Assembly (NCBI RefSeq): GCF_963921235.1
Contig: NC_086097.1
Location: forward strand, 16,244,001-16,308,000
Origin: Mobula hypostoma
Taxonomy: Eukaryota
Direction of reading: 5' to 3'
Length of the DNA stretch: 64,000 nucleotides
Below the pieces are notes generated by a model. It was given only the letters and a program-made list of their open reading frames with translations, was not told where the DNA came from and made no database searches. The stretch's first letter is position 1; each line of letters starts with the position of its first letter. Below, in pieces: positions 1 through 12,340 of the stretch. Made by a program: the position numbers and the translations under genes.

Positions 1-200
1 TTGTGATGTTCGTTGAGCAGCAGATATTAACCGAAGCACATAGTCTTCAGTGCCATGGAATCTGAAAGAGCAGACAATATCTTTAAGAGACAGCAGCTCT
101 GTCAATTCAACTCCTCCTCAACCCACGGTCAGGTTAGATTTTTGTTTACATTTCTAGAGTGGGCCTTAAATCCATAATCTTCTGACTCCAAGGTGAGTCA
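1..200 (-). mobile_element. Degenerate Deu-domain SINE-like remnant (SacSINE1/AmnSINE-like)
   Basis: cttcagtgccatgg ... tctagagtgggccttaaatccataatcttctgactc resembles the reverse strand of shark Deu-SINEs (recalled similarity, not aligned). Confidence 0.45.
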
Positions 201-334
201 GAGAAAGATTCAGCATAGAAATCAGCTCTTCAGCCCACCAAGTCAGGAAAGAACATCAACCACCAATTTACATTTGATATTAATTCCTTTTCTTTTGTAA
301 TCCCAATCCCTATTAAACCACTCACCTGCACCCA

Positions 335-525
335 ATGGGCAATTTATCGTTGCAAATTACCCTGCAAACCTGTAGATCATTCAGATGTGGGAGGAAACTG
401 GAGCACCCAGGGGAAGCACATGTGGTCAGTGTGCAAATTCCACACTGAGAGCACGAGGACAGGACTGAAACCTGGTGTCTGCTTTTGTGAGGTTGTGAAG
501 CGATGAGCTATACCACGCCACTGCC
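335..525 (-). mobile_element. V-SINE (HE1-like) fragment
   Basis: gatgtgggaggaaactggagcacccagggg is the reverse complement of the V-domain core. Confidence 0.7.
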
Positions 526-1345
526 TAAAGGACGCCAACAACTGGACTACATCCATTTACGTGGATAGATGTATTGATGAGGATAAATTATTACATGAGG
601 TTGAGGCATTTGGTACAATTTCTGTTTAGCTGGTGAGATATTTAATTCTGAAGTGGAACAAAGATTAAACCAAATGCTTCATGAATTTTAACTCTATCTC
701 TCATTTATAATTTTCTGTTTTCTCTGGTGTCTTGGGGCCTACAGCATTTCCATTTGAGGACAACTTTTACCTAAAATGTTAATTCATTCTTTGAATGCTG
801 GGGGGGAGGGGTTGGTATTTTCAATATTTTTCTATTTCCATTTCAGATTTAAAATAGTTTTTCTTCAGTATATTTGTGGATATTACAGGGTATTTGATCA
901 CAAACATTCAGGTATTTCTTTCACTCCTTCACTTGGGGATGTATGCAGGTGTTTGAATTTTGGTTAGTCACCAAACAGTTACACTGTGTGTGTGCGTGTG
1001 TATAAAAATCATAATCCATACATACACACAGTACTTTTGATATACGTAATGACCATAGGGGTGGTGAGTACCATTTCTGAACACCCACCCCCCACTTGAT
1101 AGATGCTTCTGTTGTCATTCCTCTGCTACTTCCACCCTAGTGCCAAACCCTCCAGACTACTGTTGTAACAGATTATTCCAGTATTTTCATTCCTTCAGTA
1201 TCGAGTTCATTCAATTTGTCCATTCTATCCAAAGAGCATCCTGACATCAGTCCTTAATTTCTTATTTACTAATTAAATTCAATTTTCCTGTTCGATCACA
1301 ATATCTACTATTCCTGATTATATTTTATTTACTTTTGAAAATGTA

Positions 1346-1605
1346 TTTTATTTAGAGATCTTCCAGCACAACGAGCTGCACTGCCCAGCAACCCACTTAT
1401 TTAACAATAGCCTAATCAGAGCAATTTACAATTATCAATTAACCTACTAAGCAGTACGTCTTGGACTATGGAAGGAAACTGGAACACCCAGAGGAAACAC
1501 ACATAATTACAAGTGAAGAACGTTACAAGCTCCCTATCGATGCTGCTGGAATTGAACCCCCATTCCAGAAACACCTTGAGCTGTAATAGTGTCACACTAA
1601 CCATT
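1346..1605 (-). mobile_element. V-SINE (HE1-like)
   Basis: caatttacaattatcaattaacctact...ttggactatggaaggaaactggaacacccagaggaaac...ggaattgaaccc (B box, reverse); same family as 31722-31994. Confidence 0.75.
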
Positions 1606-1750
1606 TCCTTAAATCTTTTATGTCGAAGATATCCAAGATCTGTTTACTGATACTCCTTGGTCTCTTCCATCTTCTGCATATTCAAATGCCACTTATAGAG
1701 AGTGTGATCCTATTCATCCCTAATGTGCTGGGCTTTGTATCTTGCAAGTA

Positions 1751-2326
1751 CAAGGGGTGATTGATAAGTTCGTGGCCTAAGGTAGAAGGAGTCATTTATT
1801 TTTCAACATAGTCCCCTCCTACATTTACACACTTAGTCCAGCGGTCGTGGAGCATACGGATCTTGGACCTCTAGAAAGTGTCCACAGCAGGGGTGATTGA
1901 TAAGTTCGTGGCCTAAGGTAGAAGGAGATGAGTTATACAACTCTCGTTACATGCACATGCAGGTCAACTCTTTGATCATGCAGAAAGTTTGAAGTTAATA
2001 ACTCATCAGCGGCGATTGATAAGTTCGTGGCCTAAAGCAGAAGGAGATGAGTTATTAACTTCAAACTTTCTGCATTTTCACTCAAAGAGTTGACCTGCAT
2101 GTGCATGTAACGAGAGCTGTATAATTCAACTCCTTCTACCTTAGGCCACAAACTTATCAATCACCCCTGCTGTGGACACTTTCTAGAGGTCCAAAATCCG
2201 TATGCTCCACGACTGCTGGACTAAGTGTATAAATGTAAGAGGGGACTATGTTGAAAAGTAAGTGTGCTAGGTTTTCTAAAATTGACTCTTTCTACCTTTG
2301 GCCATGAACTTATCAATCACCCCTTG
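1751..2326. mobile_element. Mariner-type fold-back MITE (576 bp)
   Basis: TA at 1749-1750 and 2327-2328; ~44-bp TIR CAAGGGGTGATTGATAAGTTCGTGGCCTAAGGTAGAAGGAGTCA; almost wholly palindromic; no transposase. Confidence 0.9.
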
Positions 2327-2424
2327 TAGTATTTAATCAGCATTTTTTGATCTACTTATGTGCACTTGACCAATAGCCAATGTTTATGATCATTTGATCA
2401 CAGTTAGAAATGGTTGTAAGGTTG

Positions 2425-2932
2425 TAGGCCGTGGGCCCGAAGATCCAAGATCTTTGCGATCTTCAGGCACAGAGCTCGTAAAATGCAACAAAACAGACTT
2501 TTTAAACATGGTAAGGCAGCAGGTTGTTGTTATGTCTCCTGCTCACTGTGAAAATGGGGGACATCTCCCTCTCCCTTATTAGAGAGAGAGAGAGAAAACC
2601 TGTGGTTTGTCGAATTCCAGATGAAATGCGATAGTCTTCGGGGTAATTGCAAATCTGTGTCCTTGCTATCGCCTAGCTCACGCTTATGCTCGGTAGCGGG
2701 TGCGCTTTTTCTTGCTGGGGGAGGAGGGGGATAGTTGTTTGCTACTGCTTACGCGCGGGGGTGTGGTGAGCTGGGGGGGGGAAGGACTTTGGAGTTTTCA
2801 TGTTTAACCGTCGTTCATTCTTTGGGGCACTTCTGCTTTTCATGGATGTTTGTGAAGGAAACGCATTTCAGGATGTAGATTGTAAACATTTCTGACATTA
2901 AATTGGATCTTTGAACCTTGAAACCTTTGAAG
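2425..2932 (+). mobile_element. Non-autonomous retroelement with LINE-type 3' tail ((c)tttgaa repeats)
   Basis: CpG-containing non-coding body ending catttcaggatgtagattgtaaacatttctgacattaaa...ctttgaaccttgaaacctttgaa. Confidence 0.55.
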
Positions 2933-3335
2933 GTTGATGATGAGCCTTGAGATACCCAACAAAGTAACCATTAAACAGCCACATCTTCCCACAATCCTGG
3001 AAAGGATTCACTAATCAAACACCCATTTGTTTTCTACCCTGAACACAATTCCTATCCATTCACTGACATGGAATTTTGCTAAAGGTCTTTAAAAAGTCTT
3101 TATGCGAGTAGGTTCTAACCATCTAATTGAATAAGAAAGCAATGTTCATTGCTCATGAAGGTGGCAGAATTTGTCATCGAAGCATCAGTTATAATTGATA
3201 CCTATCTGGAAGCCTGAGAAGAGTTTATTCATCAAAAAATTAGTCTGGAATAAGTTAATAAAATCAAGTTATCATGCACTTGACTTGTGTGTTCTCCACT
3301 GTTAAATATTTGTGTTCTATCTTTCCATATGCCAG

Positions 3336-3431
3336 ACCCTGTCCCAGTGCTATCCATCCAGAATCCATTCTCATACCCAGCTTCGACTCCCAGAGCATCT
3401 CAGTCCCGCAGCTGTGTCACTTCTGCAGCAG
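3336..3431 (+). CDS. RPS6KL1: RPS6KL1 penultimate coding exon (96 nt, phase 0/0): TLSQCYPSRIHSHTQLRLPEHLSPAAVSLLQQ
   Basis: Acceptor ...ccatatgccag|ACC and donor CAG|gtgaga. The peptide resembles the RPS6KL1 kinase C-lobe as I recall it (LSQxxPSxIxxHTQLxLPExLSxxAxSLL) more than RPS6KC1. It splices in frame to the 13792 exon, and synteny with DLST supports the call. Confidence 0.9.
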
Positions 3432-3849
3432 GTGAGAATACAGAGTAACAGTTCATGCCACGTGCTTCCAGACTTCATCTCTGGAAAACCCAATATGTAC
3501 ACCAGGCAAGGTGATCAAGGGTAACGACGTTTTAAGTGTCACTCATTGTAGCTTAACCTAGAATGACAGTGTAGTTTATGAAAAACGAGATATCCACTTA
3601 TGTCTGTCCTCCACGACTACTGAAGTATTAAGTGACATCAAGCAGATGTAGCAAACAATTTGTCCATATCGTGGTTCACACAAGCAACAACTTTGATTTG
3701 TTTTGGCACCAAGTCAGGGAAGAAAACTATGTCCTTACATAGTATGAGATGATATTTTGCGTACTCCCTAAAAGGACTCTGAGCATTTGTTGACCTAAAG
3801 GCAGCTGGTGGCAATGTAGCACACGTCAATATTGCAGTGAAAATAGGGA

Positions 3850-5100
3850 TTAAGGTAGAAAGCTGAAAAGCAGGACCTCGGGTGGTAATTTCTAGATTTC
3901 TGCCTATGCCAGGCACCAGTGAGGATAAGTGTAGCAGATTTGGGTGAGGAACTGGCAGATTTCTGGATCACTGAGATTTGAAGAAGATATGACTTGTACA
4001 AAAAGGGCTGGTTATATTTGAACTCAAGGGTGACCAAAATCCTTGCGGGCATATTTGCTATAGCTGTTGGGGAGAGTTTAAAATAACTTGACAGGGCGAT
4101 GGGAGCCAGAGCGATGAGGCTGACCATATGGCAGTTGGTATACAAGTCAATGCACTGAGACTGAGCAAGGATAGGCAGATGATAGAGCTAAATTTCAGTC
4201 AGCAAGATAATAGGAAATTACAGAGGCATGAGAGAGGAGCTAGCCAAAGTTGATTGGAAGGGGACACTAGTAGGGATGACAGCAGAATAGCAATGGCTGG
4301 AGATTGAGGGCAGTTTGGAAGGTGCGAGATAGATAGATCCCAAAGATGAGGCAATGTATTGGGAGGATGATGTAACCATGGCTGACCAAGGGAAGGCAAA
4401 GACAGCATAAAAGCCAATGAGTATAACATAGCAAAAACCAGCAGGAAATTAGAGGATGGGGAAGCTTTTAAAAACCAAAAGAATGTAACTAAAACACCTT
4501 ATGGACAGAACAGATGACATATGAAGGTAAGCTACCCAAAATTATAAAATAAAGACCCTTGAAATTGACGCTGGAGGCAGTAATGGACAAAGAAATGGTG
4601 GATGTATTTAATAAGAATTTTGCATCAGTCTTCATTGTGGAAGGCACACACCAGCAGTATGCCAGGAATTCAAGAGAGTGTCAGGAGGCAGAAGTGAGTG
4701 TAGTTGCTATTACTAAGGCGAAGGTGCTTGGGAAGCTGAAAGGTCTGAAGGTAGATAAGTCACCCGGACAAGATGGATTATACCTCAGTGTTCTGAAAGA
4801 GGTAACTGAGGAGATTGTGGAGGCATTGTTAGTGATCTTTCAAGAATCACTACTAGATTCTGGCTTGGTTCCGGAGGACTGGAAAATTACAAATGTCACT
4901 CCACTCTTTAAGAAGGGAGATGGGGGCAAAAAAAAGGAATTCTTAGGCCTGTTAGTCTGACTTCAGTGTTTGGGAGGATGTTGGAGTACATTATTCAGGA
5001 AAAAGATTCGAGGTACTTGGAGGCACGTAATAAATTAGCCCAAAGTCAGCATAGTTTTCTTAAGAGGAAATCTTGACTGAACAAATCTGTTGGAATTCTG
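3850..5100 (+). mobile_element. CR1 LINE fragment (ORF1 esterase end, ORF2 linker and RT start), degenerate
   Basis: ORF 4559-4960 LKVDKSPGQDGLY..VLKE..IFQES..VPEDWKITNVTPLFKKG is the CR1 ORF2 pre-RT motif. Confidence 0.9.
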
Positions 5101-7430
5101 TAAGTCATCCCCATAATTGCCAAGGTCTTTTTCCCTGGTGAATACTGAAGAAAAGTATTCATTAAGTACCTCTGCTACCTCCTCCGACTCTATGCACACA
5201 TTTCCACTATCGCACCCGACTGGTCCTATTCTCACATGGCTCATCCTCTTGCTCTTCACATACTTGTAGAATGCCTTGGGGTTTTCCTTAATCCTGCTCA
5301 CTAAGGCCTTCTCATGGCCCCTTCTGGCTCTCCTAGTTCTATTCTTAAGCTCCTTCCTAGCAACCTTGTAATTTTCTAGAGCTTTAATCGTGCCTAGTTT
5401 CTTGAACCTTTCATAAGCTTTTCTTCTTAACTAGGATTTTTACATACTTTGTACACCATGGTTCTTTAACTCTACCATCCTTTCCCTGCCTCAATGGAAC
5501 ATACCTATGCAGAACTCCATGCAAATATTCCCTGAACATTTGCTACATTTCTGCTATGGCTTTCCCTGAGAACATCTGCTCCCAAGTTCCTGCCTAATAG
5601 CATCATATTTCCGCCTACCCCAACTAAATGTTTTCCCGAATTGTCTGCTCCTATCCCTCTCCAGCACTATGGTGAAGGAGATAAGAGTTGTGGTCACTAC
5701 CTCCAAAATGCTCTCCCACCGAGAGATCTGACACCTGACCAGGTTCATTTCGCAATACCAGACCAAGTACAGCCTCTCCTCTAGTTGGCTTATCTACACA
5801 CTATGTCAGGAAACCTTCCTGAACACACCTAACAAGCTCCACCCCATCTAAACCCCTTGCACTAAGGAGATGCCAACGTTAGGAAAGTTAAAATCTCCTA
5901 TCACAACAACCCTATTATTATTGCACCGTTCCAGAATCTGCCTCCCTATCTGCTCCTCAATATCCCTGTTACTATTGGGGGATCTATATTAAAAAAAACA
6001 CCCGGTGGAGTTATTGCTCCTTTACTGTTTCTGACTTCCACCCACACTGACTCAGTAGACAGTCCCTCCATGACTTCCTCCTTTTCTGCAGCCGTGATAC
6101 TATCCCTAATTAGCAATTCCATACCCCCACCTCTCTTGCTTACCTCTCTGTTCTTTTTGAAACATCTAAAGCCCGGCACACTCAGCAGTCATTCCTGCTC
6201 CTGAGACATCCAAGTCTCTGTAATGGCCACAATGTCACAGTTCCACATATTAATCCATATTCTAAGTTCATCTGCCTTGTTTATGATACTCCTTGCATTA
6301 AAATAGACACATTTCAAATCATCAGGCTGAGTACATCTTTGCCTTTCCTACCTCACAAATTCCCTACAAGCTGTCTCTACTTGTGCTCCAACCTTCCCAT
6401 CCTCTGCCTCTTCACCTTGGTTCCCATCCCCCTGCAAATCCTGTTTAAACCCTCCCCAATAGCATTAGCAAACCTCCCCACCAGGATATTGGTTCCCCTC
6501 AGACCCAAGTGCAACCCGTCCTTTTTGTGCAGCTCACACCTGCCCCAGAAGAGGTCCCAATGATCCAAAAATCTGAATCTCTACCCCGTTCCAATCCTTC
6601 AGCCACACATTTATCCTCCACCTTATTCTATTCCTATACTCACTGTGGCATGGCATAGGCAGCAATCCCAAGATTATTAGCTTTGAGGTCCTGCTTCTCA
6701 GCTTCCTTCCTGACTCCCTGTATTCTGCTTTCAGGACCTCCACCTGTTTTCTACCTATGCTGTTGGTACCAATATGTACCATGACTTCTGGCTGCTCACC
6801 CTCCCATTTCAGGATATTGTGGACACACTCAGAGCAACATGAACCTTGGCACTGGGGAGACAAACTACCATTCTTCTTTTTTGTGTCCGGGGAGCCACCT
6901 ATCTGTCCCCCTAACTATAGAGTCCCCTATTACTGCTGCCCTCCTCTTCCATTCCCTACCCTTCTGAGCCACAGGGCCAGACTCAGTACCACTGTTGCTT
7001 CCCCTAGGTAGGTCGTCCCCTCCAACAGCACTAAAAATAGAGTACTTTGTTAAGGGGGACTGCCACAGGGGTGGTCGCTACTACCTGACACCCCTCCCTT
7101 CCCTCACCTGACAGTCACCCACTTATCTGTCTCCTGTGGCCCTGGGGTGACTGCTGCCTTTAGCTCCTGTCTATCACCTCCTCACTCTCCCCAACAAGCC
7201 AAAGATCATCAAGTTGCGGCTCTGTTCCCTAACTCTGTCTCTAAGGAGCTGCAGCTCGATGCACCTGGCGCAGATGTGGCCATCATGGAGGATGGAAGTC
7301 TCCCGGACATCCCACATCTGAGACCCAGAACAGAAAACTAGCCTCACAGTCATACCCAATTTACTAATACGCCAAGCCCCACGAGATGCTCCTCTTTTAA
7401 ACTTTTCTCCCCGACCTGTGCGAAGCCCTC
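5101..7430 (-). mobile_element. CR1 LINE 5' half (ORF1 zinc finger/SGNH esterase plus APE endonuclease), 3'-truncated
   Basis: Minus ORFs: CSGSQMWDV..CARCIELQLL (ORF1 zinc finger), VHIGTN, DGLHL, KRGGGMELLIRDS..ESVWVEVRN (APE), IKENPKAFYKY. Confidence 0.9.
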
Positions 7431-7449
7431 TCTACAAATTGATTGGTCT

Positions 7450-8305
7450 GCCGCTAATGCCGATACAACTCATCCACGGCTTTTGGTTTGGGGAATGTAC
7501 AGTAAGTCTTTGTAGGCACACACTCATCCACAAAGGTTTTCATGAAGTTGGTAACAACTGCGGCATTCTCATCCAGGTTCGAAGATGAATCCCTGAATGC
7601 AATCCAAGCCACCAATTCAGAACAGTCCAGTAGGCGCTTCTGTGCTTCCCTTGACAATACCTTCTTAGTCCTCACTACTGGAATTCACAACCCAGAGAAC
7701 TCCTGTGGTAGTTAAAAAGGACAGCATTTAACTGATAGATATTCCAGGTCTGGTGAGCAGAACTGGGACAGCATTGATACATTTGTGCACCAAGAAGAGT
7801 CGATCATGAGCATATTCCTCCATCTCTGCTTTTGAGACTCCGTAGATCTGTCCTGATGGTGTGTAGTAAACCCGTTGATCTGAATCGCTGCATCTGGTAC
7901 GGAAGGGGTTAACCAGGATTCCATGAAACAAAGGACACACACAGTCCTAATCTCCCTCTGATTCAGCACTAGCTCTGAGATCATTGACTCTATTCACCAG
8001 AGACTGCACGTTTGCCTGCAAGGTAGTCAGTACTGGGAGTTTAAAACTCCTTTTCCTTAAATGCACTTGTATCCCCAATCTACAGCCACGCTTCCTCTGT
8101 GGAATTCTACGCTTCCGTCCACAATCAGTGTTGTTTCTGTCAGTTTTAAGCAGCGATAGTTCATTTAAACGCATTGAGACATCTTTGTTGACTGTACTGA
8201 CCTTGGAAGCAGTTGTGCTTTTTAGCTGCATCAAGCTGAAATGAGAATATTTAATCATATCCATTGAGAGTACTGCTGCTACTCAAGGCGCCCCAGAAGT
8301 CAGAT
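7450..8305 (-). mobile_element. Rex1/Babar LINE 5' fragment (APE endonuclease)
   Basis: QANVQSLVN, CVLCFMESWLTPSVPDAAIQINGF..DR, CSPDLEYL, FVDECVPTK..FP are Rex1-type N-terminal motifs. Confidence 0.8.
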
Positions 8306-8522
8306 GAGATGGAATTTCTTGAGCCAGAGGGTAGTCAGTCTAGTTGGGACACACTACTGTGTAGGACACACCAGTGGGTACATTTAAAGCAGAGGATCTT
8401 GATTAATAAGGCTGTCAAAGGATACGGGGAGATCGCAGGAGAATGGGGTTAACAGGGAAAATAAATCAGCTATGATGGAATGGTGGAGCAGTCTCGATGG
8501 ACCAAATGGCCTACTTCTGCTT

Positions 8523-8715
8523 ACAACAGGAATTCTGCAGATGCTGGAAATTGAAGCAGCACACATCAAAGTTGCTGGTGAACGCAGCAGGCCAGGCAGC
8601 ATCTCTAGGAAGATTAACTAACTGAAGAAATCTCTTACTAACTCTTCCTTCAGTTAGTCCTGACGAAGGGTCTCGGCCTGAAACGTCGACTGTACCTCTT
8701 CCTAGAGATGCTGCC
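8523..8715. mobile_element. Penelope pLTR-derived fold-back insertion carrying a minimal hammerhead ribozyme, inside a CR1 3' tail (8385-8745)
   Basis: Flanked by TGGCCTAcTTCTGCTT (8507-8522) and TGGCCTAaTTCTGCTT (8716-8731); 24-bp inverted arms. Confidence 0.8.
8656..8691 (+). ncRNA. Minimal type-I hammerhead ribozyme motif
   Basis: AGTC-CTGACGA-AGG(GTCTCGG)CCT-GAAA-CGTC-GACT: stem I AGTC/GACT, CUGANGA and GAAA core, GUC cleavage triplet, palindromic ACGT stem III as in Penelope HHRs. Confidence 0.75.
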
Positions 8716-9014
8716 TGGCCTAATTCTGCTTTATGTCTTATGGCCTTAATTAAATCAATAATTCACTCCCACTGTTTATTATGGCACTGCGCTGTGATGA
8801 AAACTAGCTGTTAATGAATAGGACTAAAAACTAAACAAATGTACCAAATTCAAATTATAACTTGTACTGTCAGTCCTGGGTATGACTCTAAACTGCAACC
8901 GGTGACGAGGCTCTGATTGGGGACTTTCAGAGCTTTGGGGAAAGTGGAGTTACCCCTTAGTCATTCATTGCTTCCAGGGCCTCTCTGACCTGGAACGGAA
9001 GCACCTGCAAGAGT

Positions 9015-11166
9015 TCCTAACTCTCTAAAGGACTCCTTGGTAGAATCAGCAAAGTCAGTGATTCCTAAAAAAGAAAAAAGCACAAAGAATAAATGGATGA
9101 CAGATGAAATGAAAAATCTGATGGAAGAAAGGAGACGGAAGAAAGCAAATCCAATAGAATATAAGTCCTTAGATAAATAAGTTAAAAGCTTATGTCAAAA
9201 AGCCAAAGAAGAATGGTTAAACCAGGAATGTGAGCAAATAGAAAGAATCCCTATTACTGATCCAAAAAGGTTACATCAATAAATCAAGAATATCACTGGT
9301 AAAAAGCTCCTCTGTTCTTCAGGTGGATGTTTGAAAGCAAAGCACGGTACCATTATCATGGAAAAAGATGAGATTATGAACAGATGGACTGAGTATATTC
9401 AGGAATTGTTTGAAGACGATCGAGGTGAAAAACCAGAAATTCAGAAGAACATTGAAGGTCCAAGTATTTTAAAATCTGAAGTTCGTAATGCAATAAATAA
9501 GATGAAGGAAAGGAAAGGCAGCAGGTCCTGATGAATTAGTAATGGAACAAATTATTGCCCTTGAAGATTATGCAATTGAAAAACTTACTGATTTAATCAA
9601 TGATATTTATGAGACTGGATTAATACCAGAAGAGATGAAAAAAAAAATTCAGTATTTATCACTCTTCCTAAGAAAGCTGGAGTAATAGAATGTAAATTAC
9701 ATAGGACCACAAGTTTAATGAGTCATATCACTAAGATACTTCTAAGAACTTTGATGACAAGAGCTAAAAGTAAGATACAAGCTGAAATAGGTAAAGAACA
9801 ATATGGTTTTGTGAAAGACAAAGGTACAAGAAACGCAATATTGATGTTAAGGATACTATCAGAACAAGCTATTCAATTGCAAAAAGATTTGTTTGTTTTA
9901 TCGACTATACAAAAGCATTTGATAAAGTGAAGCACAATATGTTATTTGAAATATTACAGAAAACTCTAGATCTAGATTCGAAAGATCTCCGCCTAATCAG
10001 AATTCTGTACTGGGAACAAACTGCTGCTGTAAGAATAGTTGGAGAAGTGAATCCATTAACGAAAATCAAGAGAGGCGTTAGACAAGGGTGTGTTTTCTCC
10101 CCTGATTTATTTAATGTGTACAGTGAAACAATATTACAAAAAATAAGACATCTTGGGAATCAAAGTTGGCGGTGAAAACATCAATAATTTCAGATATGCA
10201 GATGACACTCAATTGCAAGTACAGAGGAAGAACTGCAAAACTTAATTGATATAGTTGTTGAAGAAAGTGCAAAAATGGGTCTATATATCAATTGCAAAAA
10301 GACAATGTATGGTGATATCCAAAAAGGAGGATCCTATCTGCGGGCTGAGAATAAACGGTGAAGACATAAAACAAGTACAGAACTTTTGCTACTTAGGAAG
10401 CTGGGTGACATCAGATGGCAGGTGCGACATGGACATCAAAAGAAGAATAGGGATGGCAAAAGACACCTTTACAAGAATGAAGAGTATACTGATCAATACT
10501 AAACTAGGCATGACAACCCGCCTCAGAGTACTGAAATGTTATGTTTATCCAGTTATGTTATATGGCTCAGAATGTTGGATAATATCCAGTAACATGAGGA
10601 AACGAATTGTAGCAGCAGAGGTGTGGTTTTTGAGGAGGATGCAAAGAATATCATGGACAAAACGAATATCTAATGAGGATATTGTGGACAGAGCAAACAC
10701 AAAAAGAGAAATAATGTATGAGATCATGAAAAGGCAACATAACTTCGTTGGACATGTGATTAGGAAAGAGGAGTTAGAATGCACGGTAATTATGGGAAAG
10801 ATTGAAGGGAAGAAAGCAAGAGGAAGACAGACAAATGATGATGGAGACGCAAACAAGAGGAAATCTGCAGATACTGGAATTTCAAGCAACACACACAAAA
10901 GTTGCTGGTGAATGCAGCAGGCCAGGCAGCATCTCTAGGAAGAGGTACAGTCGACGTTTCAGGCCGAGATGTCGACTGTACCTCTTCCTAGAGATGCTGC
11001 CTGGCCTGCTGCATTCACCAGCAACTTTGATGTGTGTTGCTTGATGCTGGAGACAGCAGCCAGAGAACTGGAAATGAATACCAATGAATTGATCCACTTG
11101 ACCCGAAACAGGAGTGTGTGGGCCATGGCAGTCAAAGCTCAAACTGGGCACGGCACCTGATGATGA
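9015..11166 (+). mobile_element. RTE-clade LINE, 5'-truncated, frameshifted RT
   Basis: EQYGFVKDKGTRNAI, RGVRQGCVFSPDLFNVY, (R)YADD at ~10194, YLGS..DIKRRIGMAK..GKIEGKKARGR; (TGA)n tail at ~11158-11166. Confidence 0.9.
10849..11041. mobile_element. Penelope pLTR-derived fold-back insertion in the RTE ORF (hammerhead core deleted)
   Basis: TSD TGATGaTGGAGAC (10836-10848) / TGATGcTGGAGAC (11042-11054); ~75-bp inverted arms. Confidence 0.8.
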
Positions 11167-11762
11167 ACTTGTACTGTGGCTGAAATGAGATCACACTATG
11201 ATTCTACAGTTTAGAAAGGGTTTTTTGGCCCATAATGTCTGTGCTAGCTTTTTTTGAAAAAAATGATCCTGATATCGTCCCATGACTTTTACTCCGAAGC
11301 CTCCACACCACCAACCGCCCCCCCCCCTCCACAAAAGCTGGTCTCTATGTACACAGGTCACGGAGTCGATACAATAGTGACACCCTGTAACTGAAAAGCT
11401 TCAATGAGGTTTGTTTGTAGATCTGAAGTTGGGTCTAATGGTATCTTGGGGGATGTGACGTATTACTACAAATGGTAGCTCACACCTTTAGAAACAAGGC
11501 AGAAGGTCAGTCTTATTTCTGTTTTTCAATCTTCTGTTATTTGACTCCACAAAAGCCCAAAAAAAATCCATCAACCTCACCTTAACACAGACATCCGAAG
11601 CTGACTGGAGTGTAATGTTACAAAGGTTTCCAACCATCTGCGTAAATAATTTTTTACCACAGCTCAGTCCTAAATTGCTGAATACTAAGCTCGAGGATGG
11701 AGCATCTTGCTCTAGATTCTCACTTCAGTTTGTTCAGGACTGTTTTGTCAAATCCACTTAAG

Positions 11763-12340
11763 AATGTTGAGACCTTATAACTTGTTGAGGTCTCACTTGG
11801 AGCATTGTGAGCAGTTCTGGGCCGCTTATCTTAGGAAGGATGTGCTGAAACTGGAGAGGGTTCAAAGGAGGTTCACAAAATTGATTCCAGGATTGATTGG
11901 CTTGTCATATGAAGGGTGTTTGATGGCTCTGGGCCTGTATTCTCTAGAATTCAGAAGAATGAGGGGTCACCTCATTGAAAACTATCGAATAGTGAAAACC
12001 CTTGATAGAGTGGATGCTTCCTGTGGTAGGGGAGTCTAAGCGCAGACAACACAGCCTCAGAATAGAGGGTGTTCTTCTAGAACAGAGATGAGGAGGATTT
12101 TCTTTAGCCAGAGAGTGGTGAATCTGTGGAGTACTTTGTCAAGGGCAGCTGTGGAGGCCAGGACTTTTTGTACATAAGGCAGAGGTTGATAGATTATTGA
12201 TTAGTCAGGGCATGAAGGGATATGGAGAAAAGGCAGGAGATTGGGGCTGAAAGGAAAATTTGATCAGCTGTGAAGAAATGGTAGAGCAGACTCAATGGCC
12301 AAATGGTCTAATTCTACTCCTATTATCTTATGGTCTTATT
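11763..12340 (+). mobile_element. CR1 LINE 3' fragment
   Basis: HLEHCEQFW..RKDVLKLERVQRRFTK..LYSLEFRRMRG; 3' UTR ending tcttatggtcttat. Confidence 0.85.

Noticed and set aside
1751..2326. CRISPR-like array of ~37-bp repeats
   Set aside because: Repeats occur in both orientations, the spacers are reverse complements of each other, the unit is TA-flanked, there are no cas genes and the DNA is vertebrate. It is a MITE.
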